A stretch of DNA of 55,241 nucleotides, counting the filler, from Streblomastix strix (taxonomy: Eukaryota), in NCBI GenBank assembly GCA_008636045.1. It is 3 parts of 3 records of this genome, joined end to end, with 100 filler letters (N's around TTAATTAATTAA, not from the genome) between each part and the next. Parts side by side here need not be neighbours in the genome. Positions count along the whole stretch, not along the records: positions 1 to 18,350 come from SNRW01000613.1; positions 18,451 to 36,797 come from SNRW01000614.1; 1 more part is not named here. The stretch is one strand, 5' to 3'. The notes under the pieces were generated by a model, which saw only the letters and a list, made by a program, of their open reading frames with translations, searched no databases and was not told the origin of the DNA. Positions 15,275-25,400 of the stretch are shown here, in pieces; position 1 is the first letter of the stretch; each line of letters starts with the position of its first letter. The position numbers were made by a program, and so were the translations under genes.

Positions 15275-18200
15275 GACTATTAAATTCTTGTACGTGCTTG
15301 CTGTACTGGCCCTTTTGAATCACGGGAGGATCATACCCAAAATGAAGAATGCTGATTGTGTCGGATCAGGGGCAATTACTCCAGGTTAATGTGATTGTGC
15401 ATCTACTGGTGAACCAACTGGATGTACTTGCACTTTAGATTATCACCCATAGGATTGCACATGCCCCGCAGCTGAACCCACATCCAATGAAATAAATTTC
15501 GATAATACCAGGTGCTAATATTGGAAATTTTACGAAGCATTAGATGATTGCTCTTCAGAGGAAGTTGGAGAATAATGCAAATGTACATTAGACTTTAGAC
15601 CATGGGGATGTTATTATGATCCAACTATTGAGTCAACTCCATGTAACGCTGGTACACTTGCTCGGCCTGAGCCTTTGGGCTGTTATGTGGATACATGTAC
15701 TACAGGATTTGAAACATGGCCTTGTATATGTAGCATAGAGCATCACCCTCAAACTTGTTATTGCAATGCTGGAGAACCAGAACCTTTTGAGATGTGGAAA
15801 TGCATGACAACCAAATATTGTAGTGGAGAAGATGGTGATAACGAGGAATTAGTAAAACTAGGAGATTGTACGTGTGGTGCAAAAGGTGAACATCATCCAG
15901 AAGGATGTGCTTGCAAATCTGCTGATGACTTACCTTGCGTCTGCTCAATTGATAGTGAGCCAGAAGGATGCACATATAGTGGATGTATTGGTTTTAGCAC
16001 TTCTAGTATTCCATGCAATTGTGGATAATACTTTCATCCATAAGGGTGCCATATTATTGGATGCACTGGAGAATACGATTATGAAGAATGTCTGTGTTAG
16101 GCTGGTACAGCAAAATTTCACCCAGCAGGTTGCTAATGTACTGCTGAATATTACGGAGGTAGTTGCACATGCCCAACTGATTTAGATCTATTAGCAGTTG
16201 TTCCTGTATCTAAGTGTATATGCACAGTTTAAGATGATCCTAGAAGAGGAATTACCTGTCCAGTGGTTGACGAATGTACAGATGAATCAAGAGATCCAAA
16301 ATGCTTATGTACATCATCGTAAAATACTGGAGCATGCATATGCACAGCAGATCTTCATGCAGCTAATTAGGATTGTGTGTGTGATTAAGCTCCAGGTTCA
16401 GAATATACATTAGCTAATTGCAAAGCTAATTAGATATGTACAGGAATAGATGAACCAACTGGAACTTGCAAGTGTGCGGATGCTGCAACATCAGCTTCTA
16501 ATGAAAACACATATTCTCACGAATAGTGCTTATTTGATAGAGTTCCAAATTGTGGTAGTGAATCAGCTGTTGCCCCAGGAGCATGTAAATGCATAATAGG
16601 AGGTAACCATCCAAAGGGCTGTCTATGCGCATCTAATACTGATACCAATTGCTTCTGCAATAATATAGAAAAAAATCCAGATGGATGTTTGGGACCTTGT
16701 GGATCTGGTGAATTTGAAGACGAGGATGGATGTCTTTGTGGTGGTTCAGATACAACATGCTAAGCTGGACGCCAACCATGTGTTGGAACTAGTACAACTC
16801 CTCTTGGATGTTACTGCCCTGAAGTTATTGGTGATGGAGAAACAAAACCCACTGGATGTGATAACACAAAATGGTGCAAAGAATTGATAAAAGTAGATCT
16901 GGCAAAAGTTGATACTACTACTTGTGCATGCTATCTATTTGGAGATGATAGAGGTGGATGTTCAAATGCTGCATGCAACACAGCTAAAGCTTCATAATTA
17001 TTAGATATTCCTATAGTTCTTTGTGGATGCCTCCCCATTGGTGATTTGAGAGAAGAATGTGTAACAGAGACAATTGCTTGTGGTGAAGCAACAGCAGATC
17101 AATTGAAACATGTATCAATAGATATCTGCCCATGCTATCTAGCTGGTGATCCAAGAAATGGTGAATAAGATGAATGCTACCAGTAAACTAAAGAGTGTGA
17201 TGCAGCTGATGCAGTATTGACTGGTATTCCACTTGAAATATGCGACTGCCAACCAAAAGGCGATGGAAGAGCTGGAGAAATCTGCCCAGCATATTGCGCA
17301 GGAGCAAGAACTCCATTAGGGTGTGTGTGCTCAACTGCTGATGTAGGTACATATACTCCAGCAAAATGTTTGGAGGATAAGAAATGCCTTGAATATGAAT
17401 ATCCAGATGATGATGACTGCGATTGTCCAGCAGGTGAAGATTATAGTGTTGCATGTAATGCAGGAGTTTGCGCAGCTTTCAATACACCTACTGGTTGCGG
17501 ATGCCCACCTCCTACAGTAACACCAGGTTCTAATGCAGGTTACACTCATGAAAAATGCCTATTGGACCTTGAATATGATGATCTTTCTGATTGCTCTTCA
17601 GATGAAGTTGGTTCAGGATGCAAGTGCACAACTGACTTTGAACCAATAGGATGCACATATGATCCACTCCGTGAACCAAAGGATTGTACAGCAGAAGGCG
17701 ATTTTGAACACCCACGTCCATTTGGTTGTGTTCCAGGTGCATGTACTGGTGGTACAACTGATTTCCCGTGCATTTGCACAAAAACTAATCATCCAGACAA
17801 ATGTACATGTGCAGAAGATCCAGAAGATTAACCAGGGTCTAATGCAGTTGAATTTGATCGTGCTACATGTGAAGCAACTCTTGTATATTAGAGTCTTGGT
17901 GATTGCTCTTCAGAGGAAGTAGGAGAAGGATGCAAGTGCACAAGTTCCCATGAACCAGCAGGATGCACATATGATCCACTCCGTGTACCAGTGGATTGTT
18001 CTAATGGCGATTTCGAACACCCTCTACCATTAGGATGTGATCCTGCTACATGTACAGTAGCAACTTCAGAAACAGCAGAATTCCCATGCTTATGTTCAGG
18101 AGAAACATATTCACCAACAGGCTGCACATGCCCCGTTGGCTTAACTGGCATTCCCGTCGATAAATGTGCATGCACTGGTGATTCAGATATAAGAGATGAA

Positions 18201-18350
18201 TGCTTTTGCACAGGGTACGATACACCAGTTGGATGCAAATGCTCATAAGGAACAGATGGTGACTATCCTAAAGCCACTTGTGAGAAGGATATATTGTGCC
18301 ATGATCTTACAGGCAAGACTGCAGTAGAGTGCCCATGCACTGGTGCGAGT
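15275..18350 (+). CDS. Cys-rich secreted/surface protein (>1020 aa, 3'-partial) with repeated CxC modules
   Basis: One frame from 15276 to the contig end with no TGA when TAA/TAG = Gln. It starts with a signal-peptide-like TIKFLYVLAVLALLNHG directly after an AT-rich intron acceptor (AG at 15273-15274). First in-frame ATG is at 15342. Confidence 0.88.
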
Positions 18351-18450
18351 NNNNNNNNNNNNNNNNNNNNNNNNNNNNNNNNNNNNNNNNNNNNTTAATT
18401 AATTAANNNNNNNNNNNNNNNNNNNNNNNNNNNNNNNNNNNNNNNNNNNN
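18351..18450. other. Artificial contig linker (N44 TTAATTAATTAA N44)
   Basis: N runs around a six-frame stop linker. Confidence 0.99.
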
Positions 18451-18806
18451 TATTTTTTCCATTTTTTTCAATTAAGCAAAATTATGATTTTTATATTTAT
18501 GAAAATTGTTAATAAATTTATTTTAAATAATTTTAGCAAATAAAACTGTAGATGTCATCTTTGGGCGGAATCATCCAAATATTGTTTAAAAGAGTAAATA
18601 ATATATATTACTAATTAATACGTTAAAATTTAATCGTTAAAGGGAATTCTTAAAAAAAATTCAAAAAATCCATATTTTCACAAATTTTATCTTATTTAAT
18701 TGTTAAAAGTATCTTAATTGTGTAGTTATTGAAATGATTACTTAAAATATATATTATATGTATAATTAATAATCAAATAGTTAGATATTTAGTCCGAAAT
18801 TCAAAA

Positions 18807-18877
18807 ATGTCGAATTCGACATAAATTTTCCCATTGTCGAAATCGACACCCAATTAAATTTTGTCGAATTCGACAAA
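18807..18877. repeat. Three TGTCGAA(T/A)TCGACA palindromes at exact 27-bp periodicity
   Basis: 14-bp cores start at 18808, 18835 and 18862, with different 13-bp AT-rich spacers. Confidence 0.9.
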
Positions 18878-19974
18878 GTATCATTTTCATGCAGAAGATA
18901 AAAAATCTTTAGTTGAATTTACTTAAAATTTATTTATAATTACAATCTTAAAAATTTGTATAAAATAATAAATATAATTCTTCTATTTTTTCTACAATTT
19001 TAAAATTAGGAATTTTCGATCAAGAAAAATATTGACTCATTTTGTAATATTTATATATTTAAATCACTTTAAATTTCTGAGATTCAACTTTTTGAATATA
19101 TTTGGAGTAGAAAATAAAAAATATTAAAACATTTTTTTAATAAAGTATCAATTCTTCGACATGACTTTAAATTTTCGACAATGTTTCGACATTTAAATTA
19201 TTAACCACAGAGTGAATGAAAGAGTTGTTGAAATATATATAAAATATTTAATATAAATATTAATAAAATGTAATAATATTGATTGTGAATCTTGAGTTAA
19301 AAAATAATGAAATATGAAATTTTATAAATCAAGTTAAATTAAGTCATCTCAAAATTCTAACTAGTAACAATCATAATAATTTTCTTTTAATATATTTTTT
19401 AAAATTAATTTCATATTTAAACCAATCATTTATGTACGATATATTCTTATAATATTTTTTCAAAGATAAATTTCAAATTTTACTCATTCTGCTAATTAAA
19501 TTATATTTTAATTTATTTAATTCCATCAATTTTAAATTTTTTATTCTAAGAATGTATAATTTATCAATTTTTTAAAAAGTTTTTGAATTGAAATTGATTT
19601 TTAATTATGTATTTAAATACTTTTTACGATTCTGCAAAGAATAATATATATTTTTATGTTAAATTCATTTAATTTATATATTTAATATATTTATTATAAT
19701 AATTAGTTATTCAAGTCCTGATTAAAATAATTATTTATAATTTTTAATTTAAAATATAAAAAATAAAAAAAAATACATTAAATTGTATTTATAATTATTC
19801 ATTTCTATAAAAATTACCAAATTATTTAAAAGAATATTCATTTCTATATTATTTTATTTTATTTTAAAAACATAATTTTATTAACAGTTTAAATATATAA
19901 AACAATTGCAATTCATTTAATATTTTTTTAATTCGAAATAAATATTTATTTTACATTTCAAATATTTTTAAATA

Positions 19975-20230
19975 TTGGCGCATTTCAATGCTTTATTTTA
20001 TTAGCACTTTGCCATGTTATTTATTATCAAGTCAGTTTGTTTCAATATGACCCATTAACTGATCGGTTGTGTTCCATTAAAACAATGAAGGCCTCATTAA
20101 CGACTGAGTTGTTTTAAAGTTCAAAAGACACAATTCATTCAACCTCTCCATTATAACATAAAGACTCTTTCCATAAGCTGCTTCATTACCATTGAAATAT
20201 ATTTTACTCGGATCGACTCTAAAGTTAAAT
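19975..20230 (-). pseudogene. Fragment of a beta-helix (pectin-lyase-fold-like) repeat protein
   Basis: Reads FRVDPSKIYFNGNEAAYGKSLYVIMERLNELC..., an F-x-x-N-x-A-x-x-G beta-helix-type motif. Isolated, with an in-frame TGA. Confidence 0.45.
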
Positions 20231-20334
20231 ATATTATAATCATTTTATATTTATTGTAAGATTAAAAAACAATATTATGTTTAATATGAAGAATCTGCTT
20301 ATGTTTCGCATAATTTTATTAATATTTCATACTA

Positions 20335-20392
20335 CAGTAGATAACGATTAATTCGTACAAAAGTTAATTCGTATATACGGATAATTCGTAAT
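20335..20392 (+). mobile_element. pogo/Tigger-type terminal sequence after a TA dinucleotide
   Basis: TA|CAGTAGATAACGATTAATTCGTAC with three TAATTCGTA units. Aligns with the terminus at 35160. Confidence 0.7.
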
Positions 20393-22929
20393 TATATAAA
20401 TAAATTGAAATAAAGTTGAATTTTTAATTAAATTTCTTCGTTAAATTCGTAAAGTAAAAATGAAAATCATAGAAAAAAAATTTTTTCGATATAAAAATTT
20501 TTAAATTATTAAAAAGAATTATTCAAAAGTTTTTTTTTAAAAATAAAAAATAATTTTTATTAAAGTTATATTTTAAGTTTCATATTAAAAAAATTACAAA
20601 AATTTCATTGTTTATTAAAAAATTTATCTAAATTTAATTTAATTTAATAATATTTTATTAAAAAAAATCTGCAACATTTTAGATTAATAAATTCTAAAAA
20701 TTTAATTTAGAAACAAATTAAAATAATAAAAATATTTACAATAAAATTTAATAAAAACAAAAATTAAGAAATTATTTTAAATTCACTAATTTAATTTATG
20801 CATTAATTTTCAACATTTTTATTGCTTTTATTGTTTACGAAATCATAAAAATAAAAATAAGACTCAATTCATATGTTAAATTCTATCAATTTCAGTTGTT
20901 TCGTTATATATTGTTAAAAATTCATCCTGAATTTTTTATTGAATTAGACCCAAAAAAAATATATATTATGGGAATTTGAATAAATAACAAAATTCAAATC
21001 TGAAATTACTTATAGTAATTGGAAAATTCCTAAAAATCAACTAAAAATTTGAAATATATAACGTTAGTTTGCAGTAGTTTTTCGAATTATTTATAATTTT
21101 TAAAAATATAAAACGAAGTTCAATTTAAGTCGATATTTCGAAGGAAAAATATTAAATTAATAAATTTACCAATTTAATTATATTAATTTTAAATTATATC
21201 TGAATTATTCATAAAATATGACTAAATTATAGTCGATTTAATTTAAATCGAGTATTATCAATCAGATTTATCTAAATTTAATGAAATAAATAGAATTTTA
21301 AATGAGTAAATTTATTATATACAAATTTTTCGAAAAATGTATACTATCTATAATAATTTAATTTTTAAAAATTTAAATTTCTTTTTTCGGTATATTTTCA
21401 TAGTTTCAAATTTGATTGCACTTTGAAAGTTATATGACTCTCCAAGATCGGAGATGAAAAATTTAACTAAAATTAATATTTTTTTTATTTGCTTTAAAAT
21501 ATTAAATTTATTTTTATTTCAATTTTTTATCATTATATTTTTTTTCAACTATTAATATTGCATTTTTATAATGAAACAATTATTATAATTTATTAACTTA
21601 TGATTTATCATAACTGAATCTATATAAATTCATTAAATAGTAATTTTATAATAAATGTAGATTCAATAGTATTAATAATTAAATTTTTATCAAAGAAGAT
21701 TATTCGCGCATTGATGTTAATTTTGTATAACAAAATATTAGTACTCATTTTTATAAATAAACAAATAATTATAATTTATATTTGGATATTTAACCATATC
21801 ATATATATTCATTTCAAAAAATATTTATGAAAATTTAAAAATCTAATGAAAATTGAATTAATTCTCGAAATTTAGTACTGAATTTTAAACATATTTTATA
21901 TTAAAATTTAATATAATATGATTAAAGTGTATGATTGAATAAATTTTTTATTTTTCCTTAAAAATATTTTCATTATGAGAAATTCTGTAAAAAATGAAAT
22001 ATTGTAGTTAATAATATTTGAATTATATCATAAAAACAATTCAAATTATATAAATATATTTAAAAAAACAATTTATCTATTATATCTATTATTAAAAAAT
22101 TTATATTTAATATATTTAATTTTTCTTTCATTTTATAAATTATTTGATAATGTTGTATCTATATTTAATATTTTATTAATGTTTTCAATTTTTAAAGAGA
22201 TTTATAAGACTTAACCGTTTCATTCTTCAATTTGGAGTTGTTTTAAATAATTATATTAAGATTAACAATTTCATCTCAAAAATCGAGATTTTACTAAAAA
22301 ATATTTCCTAAAAAATTGTAATTATTTTCAAGTTTCTAAAAGATAATCAATATTTTATTTATCAAAAGAAAAATAATTCCATAATTATATTTAATAATTA
22401 AATATATTTATTAAAAAATTAAATAAGTCTATAAAAAAAAGAAAAAAAAAGCAATTCAAAATTTCATTTAAATATTTTAAATTTTAAAATTAAAATATTG
22501 AAATATATGAATTAATTAGAATATTGATTATTAAATAATAAGTAATAACTCTTTAAATAAGAATTATGATGTTTTCATATTCTATATAAAATTTGATATA
22601 AGTCAAAGTTAAATATTACTATAAATGTTTCAAAATTATAAAAAATTTTAATGAATTTTTTATTGCTTTTAATTTTATAATATTTTTATACAAATTATTA
22701 AAATTATAGTTATTTAAGAAATAAATTATTTTATAGTAATAATTTTAATTCAATTCATCGGTGCATATAATAATTTTCAAACATTTATTTATATTTTTTA
22801 ATATTTTCTAAAAAAAATTAAAATTATAAATATAACTTAAATTAACTAAAATATTTAAATAAATCTTTAAAAAAACTAAAAAAAAATTATTTAGTTTAAT
22901 TTATATTTTTATGATTAAATTTTTATTCA

Positions 22930-23320
22930 GAATTAATCTAAGATAATTTTTTGAATGAACGAATGCTAATTCGATTATTTTTCTGTTGCTTTCAACTAAT
23001 GAGTAACTCTAACCATCATGAGAAAAAATGTTAATTTAACAATCTACTGCTCTTGCAGCTGCTAATAATATTGGATCATCAGCCCAAATAGTACGATTCC
23101 TCATTCTGTTGAAATAACCTTGTCATGATTCATTTCTCTCATTTTATAATATTATATTAGTTTTAGTCTAAGAATTTAATATTCTGTTGACAGTTGCAAT
23201 AAATTCTTTACGAGAACTTATAATTAATTCCTAAAAACTTTATTTGTTCAAATTATCCTTTAGAAAATTACAAGCTTGGTATCTGAGCTCATTTATGATA
23301 ACTATGAATTTTATATACAA
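22930..23320 (-). pseudogene. OTU-like (ovarian tumour) cysteine protease/deubiquitinase domain, degenerate
   Basis: Reads HSYH..ELRYQACNFLKDN...NES*QGYFNRMRNRTIWADDPILLAAARAVDCQINIFS...IELAFVHSKNY. This follows the OTU pattern LR..a..y / Y...M.....WG....L.A.a......I.v / I.L.f....HY. The catalytic DGNC motif is not seen; frameshifts are present. Confidence 0.6.
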
Positions 23321-23324
23321 TATC

Positions 23325-24712
23325 AAAAAATTGGGTTACTTTCGATCTTCGAAGGGAATCACTCAAATCAATAATTTTTTGTTGTTGTTATTGTTGATTT
23401 ATTTAATAGTTCAAACAATATTAAAAATTTTTAAAGAATTTTTTAGTATTTTTCAACTGATAGATAAATCTTGATTGTATGTAGGGCAACGAAAGCTTCA
23501 TATGTAGAACATTTTTCTTATATATACTCATCTTCAGTGATATTAAGTTTTTAATCACTAATTCTTTTATCTACAATAAATTCAACAATTTCTTCATTAT
23601 TCATAGTTTATCTTGTTTGAAACAATTCTTCTCCTTTTCTTCATCATAATCTAATTCAGCATCTTTTGTTATCTATTCTTCTATATTGCCTTTATTGTTA
23701 TCAGCTTTTCTGAGACAATGAATAAGAGTTTCTAGCATAATTTCATCCCAAATTCTTTACGTTAATGTACATGCATAATATAAATCAATTATTATATCTT
23801 TCCTGCAATAATTTCGTAAAATTACTTATTAGAAATTTCAATTTTGAAGCTTTTCTTAACATTTGCGAATTTTCTAGTGTCCATTGGTTATATATGAAGA
23901 GTTGTATTTGGTGATAAATAGAAAATTGTGATATTTGAATATTCATTATTTATTAAATTGTACGCCGAAGAATTATTAATAACTTTAACAATTTTTTTAT
24001 CTTTTTTAATTAGTTACAAAAAATATCATTAAGGTGATGACTGAAGATAGAAGAATTAATCATTGCATTCTTCTGATTCTTGTACTTGAATGTTCAATTA
24101 AACTGATTTCGGAAAGCAAACGGATACTTTGTTTTTCTTATTATTAATAGAGGATATTTTTGGCCCGTTGCTGAAGCTCCTCCTAATATAGTTTCTCTCT
24201 TTTTGATTTCTTGAAACCACAATGATTTTATCTCTTCTCTTGTACTGAATGATTCATACCACGATCATAAAACAATCCAAACTCATCAATATTTACTATG
24301 TCATCTAAACCAAATTTTTAAATTATTTTAGGTAGTTCATCTATATTCCAACACTATGCAGCTAATGTATCAGATGGAAGTGCCTCATTGTTTAGCAAAA
24401 CTCTATATAACCCATGTCCACCCTTCCTCCTTGATATATCTTACATCAATTTAGCCAATAGAGTCTAAATCTACTCCAAGATTTAACCTTTATTAGATTA
24501 AATTATGTGTTTCTTGAGCTGCTTGCAAAAGCAACTCATCATAAATTATTATATCCGGACTTCTTTACAAGCATATTCGGCACCAAATTAATGGTAATTC
24601 CTCTTGATTTAAATATTTGATAATTCTAGATCTTTTTTCGAATTTCATAAGGATGCCATATAAGTATTCTTGATTTATTTTATTCTTCTACTTTTTATAT
24701 CTATTCAACATA
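23325..24712 (-). mobile_element. Degenerate Tigger-like pogo transposase (DDE_1 domain, about DD31D spacing)
   Basis: DIVNIDEFGLFY..GFKKSKR..GASATGQKYPLLII..KVINNSSAY..IFYLSPNTTLHIQPMD..IWDEI..TLIHCLRKA. Frameshifts and TGA present, and the second catalytic Asp is replaced by Asn. Confidence 0.88.
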
Positions 24713-25022
24713 TTTGGATTGATATTATTTTTTTAATAAATTTTGAGAAGTTATTATTATTTCTTTGATTACGGTTAAACTTTAATAGTAGATTATATTT
24801 TTTATCTAATGTTCATTCAATATTTTATTTATTCTGGTTCTTTTTCTTCTGATTTTTTTTGCCAAATAATTTTAGTTATTCTATTTAATTTTTCATATTT
24901 TTCATAATTTTATTATTAAATTGAATAATTTTTCTTAAATTATTTATTTTCAACTGTAAAATAGTTATAAATTGAAATGAAATCCGAAGAAATTTCTTAA
25001 TCTATGACTAATTTTTTGTTTG

Positions 25023-25400
25023 AATCCATAGTTATGGAAGATGAACTTTATTTATTAGTGTGATCATTTGATAAAATTTAACTTTTACAACTTTCTTTAA
25101 ATTGTTCTTTTTGTTTTTAGTTGGCATTTGAATTTCATATTCTAAGAGGATTGGATGATGTAGATGAAATTGTGTTTGGTTTGATGAGTTGTTTGTAAAT
25201 AGTTTGATCAAGCTATTTGTTTCAATACAACTTCTATCGTCGTTTGAATTTTAGTTTTTTGAACATGAAGTCTCATTTTTGACTAAATGTCCAATAGCTT
25301 ATTATTTTTCTTGGACAGTGTATTGATATGAATCCATATTCATGTAAGAGTTACTTTGTTTATTAGTGTAATGATATGATATAATTTAACTTTTATTAAT
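25023..25400. repeat. Diverged ~65-bp direct repeat pair (25023-25090 and 25333-25400) in degenerate minus-strand coding-like DNA upstream of the transposase
   Basis: atccatagttatggaagatgaactttatttattagtgtgatc...aatttaactttta versus atccatattcatgtaagagttactttgtttattagtgtaatg...aatttaactttta. Confidence 0.6.

Larger units (their letters stand above)
9377..18350. repeat. Right arm of the contig-wide inverted duplication; unique spacer is 8975-9376
   Basis: Reverse complement of 1-8974 wherever checked. The contig ends ...cactggtgcgagt, the reverse complement of the first bases actcgcaccagtg. Confidence 0.97.

Noticed and set aside
18351..18450. TTAATTAATTAA palindrome within N runs (also 36798-36897)
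   Set aside because: Synthetic contig-joining linker. It also means no synteny can be inferred between the three contigs.
18807..18877. CRISPR-like look of palindromic repeats with unique spacers
   Set aside because: Only three 14-bp repeats with 13-bp spacers, in a eukaryotic contig with no cas genes.
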